From Promethearchaeota archaeon (GTDB lineage: Archaea > Asgardarchaeota > Thorarchaeia > Thorarchaeales > Thorarchaeaceae), in NCBI GenBank assembly GCA_027031765.1, contig JALVPN010000144.1:41384-73383 (forward strand): 32,000 nt of DNA, given 5' to 3'. The position numbers and the translations under genes are program-made. The first letter of the stretch is position 1; every line of letters begins with the position of its first letter. This document shows positions 1-7,806 of the stretch, piece after piece. The notes under the pieces were generated by a model. The model saw only the letters and a program-made list of their open reading frames with translations. It searched no databases and was not told where the DNA came from.

Positions 1-2
1 TC

Positions 3-290
3 GGGCTCAAGTACAAGCTCCCGGAGGGCATTGCGGAAGTGCAGGAGGAGAACATGCGCCGGTGGGAAGTGATCATGAACTCAATGACTCGGGAGGAGCT
101 CGACAACCCAAAGATCATCAAGTCCTCAAGGATTAAGCGGATAGCGCGGGGTGCTGGGGTCACTGCTAAGGATGTCCGTGACCTGCTGAAGCAGCACCAG
201 CAGATGCAGAAGATGATAAAACAACTCACAAAGCAAAGACGTGGACGCAGAGGGGGAATACCCGGCATCCCGGGGTTCCCGGGGGTCTGA
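3..290 (+). CDS. srp54: Signal recognition particle protein SRP54, C-terminal M-domain (5' truncated by window edge)
   Basis: Frame is open from the window start (GLKYKLPEGIAEVQEENM...). IMNSMTREELDNP...SRIKRIARGAG is the SRP54 M-domain RNA-binding motif, followed by a G/P-rich tail. Confidence 0.95.
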   Translation, partial: GLKYKLPEGIAEVQEENMRRWEVIMNSMTREELDNPKIIKSSRIKRIARGAGVTAKDVRDLLKQHQQMQKMIKQLTKQRRGRRGGIPGIPGFPGV

Positions 291-293
291 TGG

Positions 294-899
294 GTGCTGG
301 GCCCAACCCCCCATAGCCGGCGTTTCGCCCTCACGTCCGGCAAGATACCAGTCACGCGCAGTACGGTGAAGTCCGGGTGGAACCATCCAGTTGTGGCACG
401 GGCCTGCAGGTGTATCAATGTCGCACTGTTTGTGTCCCACGACCTCAGACGAAACGTCGAAATCGAGATTGTCCAGATACTTGGTGACACTGTCGAGTCA
501 GTCCTCTTCGGTGGTGCCTCCCTCAGGCGGGTAACACCGGATGAGAGGTCGATTGCGTTCTTCCTGCTCAAGGCCTCGAACACTCTCCTTGACCTTGATG
601 TCGGCGGACAGACAACGCTCCCGAACGGCATAGTCGTGGCAAAGATGAGGTGGGAGGACATGGTGGGGCGCCTACAGGGGGGAAGGGCGGTCTATGTGGC
701 AAGGGGCAGGTCGCCAAGGAGTGTAGCAGTCAGTTGTTGTGGTGCAGTCTTCCTCTATGAACACGAGGAGGGAGTGTTTGCAGACCACCTTGAGGCCATG
801 CCAGTCCCACGACCGGCCCATCCGGAACGCTTCATCCTAGATGTGAACCTTGGATGTGACAGTGCACAGTTCGGGGCGCATCTCCTGCAGACCTGTTGA
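294..899 (+). CDS. trmY: TrmY-like SPOUT protein (tRNA pseudouridine-54 N1-methyltransferase family), divergent C-terminal half
   Basis: CRCINVALFVSHDLRR and RRVTPDERSIAFFL match TrmY motifs (CRC, FxSHDxRR, PDERxIA). The SAM-binding knot motifs are poorly conserved. GTG start. Confidence 0.72.
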   Translation: MLGPTPHSRRFALTSGKIPVTRSTVKSGWNHPVVARACRCINVALFVSHDLRRNVEIEIVQILGDTVESVLFGGASLRRVTPDERSIAFFLLKASNTLLDLDVGGQTTLPNGIVVAKMRWEDMVGRLQGGRAVYVARGRSPRSVAVSCCGAVFLYEHEEGVFADHLEAMPVPRPAHPERFILDVNLGCDSAQFGAHLLQTC

Positions 900-905
900 C
901 ACACG

Positions 906-912
906 TTTATAT
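906..912 (+). promoter_or_regulatory. Putative TATA box upstream of DRG GTPase
   Basis: TTTATAT in a short intergenic gap of a GC-rich window. Confidence 0.45.
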
Positions 913-1042
913 GTTGACAACACCAAGATGATGGCAGCTCGAGAAAGGGACTAACACTCAATGATGAGCCCCGCATTCGAGGAACATGCCAGTAGCGGGC
1001 CGCTGGCCCAGATGGGGACATGCAGACAAGGAACACAGGCGG

Positions 1043-2230
1043 GTGTCAGAGTTGTGTCCGACGAATGTGTCGCCGGAGTTTGACAGACAACGACAGATCT
1101 ATGAAGACACAGAGGACCTCGCGCAGCGGATAGTGGAACTGGAAAAGCTGCTGTCCCTAGCGCCGCGCCACAAAGGCGCAGAGAGGATGGTTGCTGACTA
1201 CCGCAAGAAGCTGGCAAAGCTCAAGGCCGAACTGGCGAAGCGTAGAGAACAGGAGAGGGCGCGGAGGAGCGGTGGGAGCGAAGAGGGTGCAGTAAGAAAG
1301 GAGGGCGCCGGTCAGGTCTGTTTCGTAGGGGTTGCCAACAGTGGCAAGTCGGCACTCATCAATGCAGTCACGAACGCAGACCTTACAGTCGCGGACTACC
1401 CATTGTCGACACCCAGTCCCACCCCAGCAATGATGCCGTTCGAGGACATCAAGATACAGCTTGTTGAGATACCGGGACTGTTCGAGGGTGCAACAGATAC
1501 CAGCATAGGAAGGCAGTCCCTGACAATAGCACGGAACACCGACTGCATCGCGCTGGTCGTTGACCTGTCACAGGACATAGAGTGGCAGATGCGCATCGTC
1601 CTCGGTGAGCTCGACAAGGCACGCATCCGACTCAACCGGGAGCCCACAGCAGTACGTATCGAACGTGTGGGGTCAGGTGGACTGGTGGTATATGGCAAGC
1701 AGTTCTATCAGGGAAACATTGACGAGGTCTACGAATACCTCAGGGCGCGTAGGATTACCAATGTCATCGTGCGCTTTCAGAAGCCGGCCACGTTCGACCA
1801 GCTGGTAGACGCGCTGGATGCGAGTGTTGCCTATGTCCGTGCACTGATCATTGCTACGAAGGGCGATGTCCCGGGCTCAGCAGAGGCGTTCGAGGAGTTG
1901 AGAAGGGAGTACGGAGACCGGTTTGAAATCGTACCCACATCCGCTGTGAAGGGTGAGAACCTCGACGCCATGAAGTGGGCACTCTACGACCACCTTGACA
2001 TCCTGAGAGTGTACACGAAGGTACCGGGCCGCAAGAGAGAGGACAGACCGCTCGTACTCCCGGAGGGCTCGGTAGTAGAGGATGCGGCTAGGAAAATACA
2101 CAAGGAGCTGTTTGTAAAGAGGTTCCGTGCAGCAGTCATATACCGGGAGGACGACCGCATAAAGCGGCGTCAGGTGGGACTGAGCTATCCCCTCCAAGAC
2201 GGTGATGTGCTGCAACTCATGCACAGATAG
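1043..2230 (+). CDS. OBG-family DRG-like GTPase with C-terminal TGS domain
   Basis: N-terminal PRHKGAE helical region, G1 GVANSGKS, G2 ADYPLST, G3 VEIPG, G4 TKGD, G5 SAV, and TGS domain (LRVYTKVPG...L.DGDVL). The ORF track starts at 986. GTG 1043 or TTG 1052 fits the family N-terminus (PTN..PE) better. Confidence 0.9.
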   Translation: MSELCPTNVSPEFDRQRQIYEDTEDLAQRIVELEKLLSLAPRHKGAERMVADYRKKLAKLKAELAKRREQERARRSGGSEEGAVRKEGAGQVCFVGVANSGKSALINAVTNADLTVADYPLSTPSPTPAMMPFEDIKIQLVEIPGLFEGATDTSIGRQSLTIARNTDCIALVVDLSQDIEWQMRIVLGELDKARIRLNREPTAVRIERVGSGGLVVYGKQFYQGNIDEVYEYLRARRITNVIVRFQKPATFDQLVDALDASVAYVRALIIATKGDVPGSAEAFEELRREYGDRFEIVPTSAVKGENLDAMKWALYDHLDILRVYTKVPGRKREDRPLVLPEGSVVEDAARKIHKELFVKRFRAAVIYREDDRIKRRQVGLSYPLQDGDVLQLMHR

Positions 2231-2253
2231 GGTGTGACGAGGGAGTCGTAGCC

Positions 2254-2988
2254 GTGAGCGCCCTCTCAAGGATTGTAGTAGTAGTGGTGGAGCCCGAAAC
2301 ACCCGGGAATGTCGGTTTCGTTGCACGTGCGATGGCGAACTTTGGGGTGAGCCGGCTCCGACTGGTCGGCAATGACTGTCGAAACGAGGAGGAGGCGAGG
2401 AGGTTCGCTGTCCATGCCGTGAACGTACTAGAGTCAGCCACGGTACACGAAGACCTCAGGGGGGCACTACATGACACCGTAGCCGCGTGGGCTGCAACAG
2501 CACGGGTGGGTAGCAACCTCAGCGTAACCAGGGCAGTTGTCCCACTCCAGAGGCTGCCAGACCCGACATCGCTCGTCGGAGATGTAGCGCTGGTCTTTGG
2601 TAGGGAGAGCTCTGGACTCACGAACAACGAGATCGACCTATGCGACCTTGCTTTTTCCATCCCGACCTCACCAGCATATGCGAGTATGAACCTGAGTCAT
2701 GCGGTAGCAGTGGTGTTGTACCACATCTACTCAAAGTATGCCCCACGACCACCGAGGAGGCCCACACAACAAAGGGCCGCCACAAGAGAAGAACGAGAGC
2801 AGGTCTGTAAGTTCTTCGACGAAGTTGTAGACATGTTGGGCTTCAAGGAGTTCAAGGTCCCGATTGCAAAGCGGGTGTTCAGAAACCTGGTCGGACGTGC
2901 GTATATGACGGGTCGTGAGGTCACGACACTGACAGGAACGGTGCGCAGGATTCGCGACACGGTGGCGGGGCGCAGGCCGCAGGACTAG
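2254..2988 (+). CDS. trmJ: tRNA (cytidine/uridine-32 2'-O)-methyltransferase TrmJ family (SPOUT)
   Basis: VVEPETPGNVGFVARAMANFG, ALVFGRESSGLTN, SIPTSPAYASMNLSHAV motifs. Confidence 0.9.
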   Translation: MSALSRIVVVVVEPETPGNVGFVARAMANFGVSRLRLVGNDCRNEEEARRFAVHAVNVLESATVHEDLRGALHDTVAAWAATARVGSNLSVTRAVVPLQRLPDPTSLVGDVALVFGRESSGLTNNEIDLCDLAFSIPTSPAYASMNLSHAVAVVLYHIYSKYAPRPPRRPTQQRAATREEREQVCKFFDEVVDMLGFKEFKVPIAKRVFRNLVGRAYMTGREVTTLTGTVRRIRDTVAGRRPQD

Positions 2989-3527
2989 TCTATCCCGTAG
3001 CCCAACCTGCGTTTCAGTTCAGGGTCGATTTTCTCGAAACGCAGCAGACATGGGGTCGGCATCTTGGGGGCAGCCTTCTTCAGGGCCCTGCGTGCAATCT
3101 CAACGTGCTCCCTGTTGCAACGGATGGTGATAAGTGGCTGACCTGCACGCACACGTGCAGCAAGGCCGATGGTCTTACCGAACGCCTTCCGCATCCCGTC
3201 CTGGACACGGTCGCTGCCGGCCCCGGTCAGCATCTTGTTCTCACGGAGATAGTGGAACGGCTTGACCCGGATCCGGAGGTGATACTTTGACCTCGGTACG
3301 CGCTTGCTCATATGTCGGTTCGATGCGATCCGTGCTGCCTCAAGCGCCTGATGTCGGATCTGACACTTCTCAAGTGCAACAAGTGAGATGGCAATCTCAA
3401 AGTCCCCTGCAGGGTTGCCCATGTCGAAGCTGACAATTCGGCTTGCTGGTTGACGGTGGATGTACTTCTTCCGAGTGTAGGGTGGACGGTCTTGCAGACG
3501 ATAACAGTGACCCGGTCGCTTTCCCAT
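2985..3527 (-). CDS. rpl10e: 50S ribosomal protein uL16 (L10e)
   Basis: RPGHCYR, PYTRKKY, QIRHQALEAARI, LRENKMLTGAGSDRVQDGMRKAFGK motifs. Confidence 0.98.
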   Translation of the reverse strand: MGKRPGHCYRLQDRPPYTRKKYIHRQPASRIVSFDMGNPAGDFEIAISLVALEKCQIRHQALEAARIASNRHMSKRVPRSKYHLRIRVKPFHYLRENKMLTGAGSDRVQDGMRKAFGKTIGLAARVRAGQPLITIRCNREHVEIARRALKKAAPKMPTPCLLRFEKIDPELKRRLGYGID

Positions 3528-3582
3528 TGCTCACCACCAAATCCGGCAGCTTGATGTGTTCTGTGGCAAGCCGGTCAGTGCG

Positions 3583-3609
3583 AATAAAAGGCTTGTGGCA
3601 TGGGCCACA
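3583..3609 (-). promoter_or_regulatory. Putative rpl10e promoter: TATA (CTTTTATT) with adjacent palindrome TGTGGC-N4-GCCACA
   Basis: CTTTTATT on the minus strand ~56 nt upstream of the ATG. Near-identical arrangement at 13521-13547. Confidence 0.5.
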
Positions 3610-3827
3610 GGTTGGAGCAATGGAGTATCGCCACTCGGACCGGGTAATCCCAGTGTATCGGTCACAGAGGCACTGAAAGCAGTCCATTCAACTCTTGTTA
3701 AGATAGTGTGTGGCACGGATTTGGGGCCACATCAAAGGCCCATGTCGCTGGCGGGTAGGAGTGGGGATCAGTCCTGAGGAAGACGCGGACTGACCAACAC
3801 GACTACAACACCGGACTGAGACCGCGT

Positions 3828-4745
3828 TCAACGGGGCATGCTTGCAAGCACAATCAGTGGAAATAGGGCTGTCGCATCACCAATCACGGTCTCGAAGTCC
3901 GCCCCGCTCTGGACTTTCTGCCATGAAACACCTTCTTGGAGAGGGGCACCACTCAGACTGCCCGCCTCCGGCCTGTCAAGAGTCATCTGGACAGCCAGGT
4001 CCAGTCCACCCTTGAGGATGGTGCTGCCCATGGTGAAGTGCTTGGTAAGACCACCCCCGAGGATTATGGCCCCGGTCTTCTTGGCCTCGGCCACCAAAGT
4101 GCCCAAGAAACGCAGGTCCTTGACAAAGTCGAGAGCGAAACGCTGCTGAGTGCTGAACGTGTAGAGGTGGAACCCGAGCATGGAGTCCATCAGGCCCGGG
4201 GAGAACACCGGGATGTCATTGAGAGAGGCCTGCCTGAGGATAGAGGAGTCATCGGAGAGGCTGGTGCCAAGTGCATGTAGGAACTCGCTTGGCGACATGC
4301 TGGTGCGCTGTTCGGACGAGAGGCTGTCAAGAAACCTGTAGATGTTCTCCTCAAGCACCTCAAAGTCATGGTTGTTAACAACGATGTCGGCTATCCGGCC
4401 CAGTCCGGCCGTACGGAGGGCCCCGTCACCAGTCATTGGTGGCACATGATAGTGTGCCCCCCCATATGCTTCTATGAGGTCATGTACTATGTTTGCGCCA
4501 CTTGTTACGACGACATCCACAAGGCGCTCCCGGACAAGGTGGCATATAATCCGACGCAGACCACCGGGCACCATGGGGCCAGATAGGGAGAGGAACGTCA
4601 GACAGTCCGGGTCGTCGAACATCCTCCGGACAATTGATGCTGCCCGGCCAATACGACCGCAACCAAGTACACCGACCTCAGACATCGCGGCAACCAAGTC
4701 GCCGATAGAGGTTATGGAGGGAGGGATGTGGGTCACGCGTTCCAT
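3828..4745 (-). CDS. dys: Deoxyhypusine synthase
   Basis: LSLSGPMVPGGLR, TSGANIVHDL, GAIILGGGLTKH, GSLSGAP..EGVSWQK (active-site Lys retained). Start moved to ATG 4745 (MERVTHI); the upstream part of the ORF-track ORF looks non-coding. Confidence 0.93.
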   Translation of the reverse strand: MERVTHIPPSITSIGDLVAAMSEVGVLGCGRIGRAASIVRRMFDDPDCLTFLSLSGPMVPGGLRRIICHLVRERLVDVVVTSGANIVHDLIEAYGGAHYHVPPMTGDGALRTAGLGRIADIVVNNHDFEVLEENIYRFLDSLSSEQRTSMSPSEFLHALGTSLSDDSSILRQASLNDIPVFSPGLMDSMLGFHLYTFSTQQRFALDFVKDLRFLGTLVAEAKKTGAIILGGGLTKHFTMGSTILKGGLDLAVQMTLDRPEAGSLSGAPLQEGVSWQKVQSGADFETVIGDATALFPLIVLASMPR

Positions 4746-5066
4746 GGGGCACCACGGCGCCCGCTGTGTGCCGGTACATAAGTCATTCGCAAGAAAGGAG
4801 GTGGGGAGGCTCAGGTCAGTTCCGGGAGGGCAAGACCCGAGCACCCAGGGCCGCAAACGACCCGAGAGTACACCGTAGTGTGTTGATTGATAGTTTTCTC
4901 TCGTTGACAGTCCGACCGGGAGTACGTCTGAGGCGTGGAGGGGGATGGCCGAAACTATTCGGCCGGTGATGTGGCCTCGCCAGCCCGTGATGACCACACC
5001 GGCTGGTGGGTGGCAGGAGCAAGTACCACCAGCATTAATAGAAAGGACACATAGAGTTGAAACGTT

Positions 5067-5648
5067 ATGGGGTCGCTGCTCGATGCTTTAGCATTTGAAG
5101 TGGTCATGATTGGGCTCCTGTTCCATTTCCTCTGGGTACTTGTGATGCGGTCAGCACGTGAGAAGTACCTACATGACCTGAAACTGCTCCGGCCCCCATC
5201 GTCTCGTCTTGCAAGGTACTACTCTTGGCGCATAGCTAGCAAGACAAACATTGTGATAGAGGCGGCTACATTTCTTGTGATGATGACGTCCTGCATCGTG
5301 GGAATAATGCAGCTGGTAGTCGGGTATGAGCGCATGGTGGAAGCATTCCATGTGGTGCTACTAGTGCTGGCGATATCGTGCCTTACAGTCATCCAGAACA
5401 TCCGTCAGGTTGCAGATGTTGCCACTGGCGAGTCGGAACTGTTGGCGGAGATTGAGGGGGGCGACACACAGGACGGAGTTGTACGGGGGCTGTTGGAGAG
5501 CCTTGGGAACATGACCGCCAGCGACAAGAAACGGGTGCTGTTCATACTGTTCAGGCTTGCTATGACAGACAGCAGGGCTGGTCGCGTGATCAGGGACGCC
5601 CTACGTGAGGCCATGCACCAACCAATGATTGACTGGGACAATCAGTAA
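5067..5648 (+). CDS. Hypothetical membrane protein (about 3 TM helices plus cytoplasmic helical C-terminus)
   Basis: 193-aa ORF with three hydrophobic segments. TTAATA lies ~27 nt upstream of the ATG, suggesting a leaderless transcript. Family not recognised. Confidence 0.65.
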   Translation: MGSLLDALAFEVVMIGLLFHFLWVLVMRSAREKYLHDLKLLRPPSSRLARYYSWRIASKTNIVIEAATFLVMMTSCIVGIMQLVVGYERMVEAFHVVLLVLAISCLTVIQNIRQVADVATGESELLAEIEGGDTQDGVVRGLLESLGNMTASDKKRVLFILFRLAMTDSRAGRVIRDALREAMHQPMIDWDNQ

Positions 5649-5709
5649 GTCTTATATGATGTCTGGGAGGCGTGAGTCCGAACCCAGTTACAAGTAGGAG
5701 TGACACTGC

Positions 5710-5994
5710 ATGTCGGAGAGCGAGGCCAAAAAGGGCCTAAAAGGCGTTGTGACCAGCTACCGTAGAGGAAAGCACAAACAGAACCCGAACCAAGTACTCC
5801 TTGTCTTCGATGGTGTCACGACTAGGGCACAGGCGGCAGCGCTCGCTGGACGGAGGGTGCGGTGGGTATCACCTGTAGGGCGTGAGGTGCTGGGAAAGAT
5901 CTTGGGGCCACATGGCAACAGTGGGGCAGTACGTGCCAAGTTCAGGACAAACCTCCCAGGACAGGCACTGGGGACACCGGTGTACATAGTCTAG
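5710..5994 (+). CDS. rpl35ae: 50S ribosomal protein eL33 (L35Ae)
   Basis: KGVVTSYRRGKHKQNPNQVLL...GKILGPHGNSGAVRAKFRTNLPGQALG signature. TTATAT at 5652-5657 upstream. Confidence 0.97.
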   Translation: MSESEAKKGLKGVVTSYRRGKHKQNPNQVLLVFDGVTTRAQAAALAGRRVRWVSPVGREVLGKILGPHGNSGAVRAKFRTNLPGQALGTPVYIV

Positions 5995-6020
5995 AGTAGA
6001 GGGGTCCGACGAGTAACAAC

Positions 6021-6027
6021 TTTTTAT
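6021..6027 (+). promoter_or_regulatory. Putative TATA box of the C/D box sRNA
   Basis: TTTTTAT ends 24 nt upstream of the predicted sRNA 5' end (6051), which is canonical archaeal spacing. Confidence 0.55.
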
Positions 6028-6050
6028 CCGGGTCTGCTGAGAGCTGATGT

Positions 6051-6123
6051 GGCTCCAATGATGGAGAATGGCTATCGTTAGGGCGTCAGGCCCGATGACG
6101 AGTCATAGTTAGACTGAGGGGCC
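6051..6123 (+). ncRNA. Box C/D guide sRNA; D guide complementary to LSU rRNA helix 69
   Basis: Terminal stem GGCTCC(6051-56)/GGGGCC(6118-23), C box ATGATGG (6058-64), C' ATGACGA (6095-6101), D box CTGA (6114-17). The segment GAGTCATAGTTA (6100-6111) is the reverse complement of UAACUAUGACUC. Confidence 0.8.
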
Positions 6124-6194
6124 CACCAGTGGTGACACATGTCCATGTCAAGCACACTCTGGGAGCACACTCTGAGTCTTGGGGCCAGCAATAG

Positions 6195-6743
6195 TTGAAC
6201 ACAGTAGTCTACACGTTGACATATCTGGTGGCCGGTCTGACGCTGAAGACCGGTGACGATGTACTCGACGAGCTCGACATGCCATGGCTAGCATGGACCC
6301 CGCTGGTCCTGTCAGGACTGATGTTCGGACTCATAATGACCGTTTCACAGTGGGATTTTGCACTGATGACCGCAATAGTGATAGGGGTCACACTCGCGGG
6401 CAAGGTGAACAGGGTGGAGTTCGCTGGCGGGTTCATTGCACTAGTGGCTGTGCTGGTCTTCGTCGGCCCGCCAACAGTCACCGACCTGGGGGGCTGGGTC
6501 ACCTTGGTCATTGTGCTGCTCATTGCAGCAGCTGCAGACGAGGCCGCTGGTAACTGGACCGAGGGGCGGGGTACTTCACCCCTCACATGGCTCCTTGAAC
6601 ACCGTTTCGTACTGAAAGCATGCGCATTGTCGGTCATACCAATATGGCCACAGTTCCTCCCAGCCGGTCTTGGACTCTGGGTGTTCGATGCAGGGTATGA
6701 GATGGCCGGGACACTGGTGAAACGGGCTCAGTCAAGGAGCTGA
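6195..6743 (+). CDS. Hypothetical polytopic membrane protein
   Basis: 182 aa with 5-6 hydrophobic helices and a TTG start. Contains GDDVLDE after the first helix. Family not recognised. Confidence 0.7.
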   Translation: MNTVVYTLTYLVAGLTLKTGDDVLDELDMPWLAWTPLVLSGLMFGLIMTVSQWDFALMTAIVIGVTLAGKVNRVEFAGGFIALVAVLVFVGPPTVTDLGGWVTLVIVLLIAAAADEAAGNWTEGRGTSPLTWLLEHRFVLKACALSVIPIWPQFLPAGLGLWVFDAGYEMAGTLVKRAQSRS

Positions 6744-7738
6744 TATGCCAGGCTGCAGCACACATCAAAGAACTCCGGTACAAGGCCCATCGCCACTGCG
6801 GTATCGACCCCCTCCTGGCTCACGTAGGCAATCCCGTTGACCCCGGCACGGACAGCAAACTTGTCGGTCTCGACCTTGTGTTGCCCGAGTGGCCGTGCAC
6901 AGCCCAAGAGTAGCGGGACATCGGCAAGGCCGAGACGTGCTATGACCATGAGGCGTGCAATGTCCTCAGGCGAAGGGGGGTTGACGTGCGCCATTGGAGT
7001 GTGACGGAGAGGGCTCAGTACAATCAGGACTACAGCAGCAGGATGGGTCTCGGATATGATGTGGAGGGCTTGGAGCTCGCCGTTCAGGCGACCATAGTCC
7101 AGGCCGACCAAGACATGTGGGACAACAGGGACACCAGCACGTTGCAGGTACAATAGTGACTCCCGCATCAGACGAGGGCCGTCATCCAAGTGGTACACAG
7201 AACGGGACACACTACTGCTGCCTATCACGTCGAGCATCGCTGCATCGACACCCGCCCTCGCAAGGCCCTCGGCAGTCTGGCGTGTGACCAGACCCGTATG
7301 TACGACTACCCTCAGGCCGAGTTCGTGTCTGGCCGCTGATATGGTATCGATGAAGCGTGCAAGCGGTACATGACCCGCAATGTCAGCCCCCCCACTGATT
7401 AGGACGCCCTCGCCGCCAGCCTCTGCGACCTGTCTGCAGGCCTCTAGGAGTTCCTTGGGAGTTGGCGCGGGTATCATGGCCCCTAGGAGGCGCCCTCTAC
7501 AGTGGTCACACTGGAGGGCACACGATGTACCAGTGATGCTCAGGGACACAAAGTTGTGGCGGCTCTTCTGCTGGTGTGATAGGATCTGATACGGATAGCC
7601 CGTGGGGCTGAAACAGAGGAGCCTGTGCCCATGACGCGAAGTGCGGAGAGAGAATGCTCGTTCCATCCATCGTTGGAAGTCTGTTGGAGAGGCGCCAAGG
7701 ACTAGGGGGCCCTGCTCAAGGATGTTGAAGCCGGTCAT
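6728..7738 (-). CDS. Radical SAM protein, LipS1-type (archaeal two-component lipoyl synthase subunit; often annotated biotin-synthase-like)
   Basis: SITGTSCALQCDHC (CxxxCxxC), ISGG, LLGCARP and a C-terminal CC motif, as described for Thermococcus LipS1. Confidence 0.78.
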   Translation of the reverse strand: MTGFNILEQGPLVLGASPTDFQRWMERAFSLRTSRHGHRLLCFSPTGYPYQILSHQQKSRHNFVSLSITGTSCALQCDHCRGRLLGAMIPAPTPKELLEACRQVAEAGGEGVLISGGADIAGHVPLARFIDTISAARHELGLRVVVHTGLVTRQTAEGLARAGVDAAMLDVIGSSSVSRSVYHLDDGPRLMRESLLYLQRAGVPVVPHVLVGLDYGRLNGELQALHIISETHPAAVVLIVLSPLRHTPMAHVNPPSPEDIARLMVIARLGLADVPLLLGCARPLGQHKVETDKFAVRAGVNGIAYVSQEGVDTAVAMGLVPEFFDVCCSLAYQLLD

Positions 7739-7806
7739 GGTGCGTGGGCTGCTGGTCTAAGAAACGCTATTAGGGTTATGATGTCAGTGTACGACAACTA
7801 CAAGTA

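Noticed and set aside
288-296. trmY-like ORF is in frame with srp54, separated only by TGA-TGG (possible readthrough fusion)
   Set aside because: SRP54 ends with its normal G/P-rich tail, in-frame adjacency has a 1-in-3 chance, and no SECIS or readthrough signal is evident.
928-1012. Two C-box-like motifs (ATGATGG 928-934, ATGATGA 961-967) suggesting a second C/D sRNA
   Set aside because: Only degenerate D boxes (CTAA, TCGA, CAGA), no terminal stem and no recognisable rRNA/tRNA complement.
3768-3794. TCAGTCC/GGACTGA hairpin and repeated CTGA motifs downstream of dys
   Set aside because: No matching C box or guide target; at most a terminator-like hairpin without a T-tract.
4746-4997. 84-codon N-terminal extension of deoxyhypusine synthase in the ORF track
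   Set aside because: Not DHS-like and spans a likely promoter (TTATGTA ~30 nt upstream of ATG 4745).
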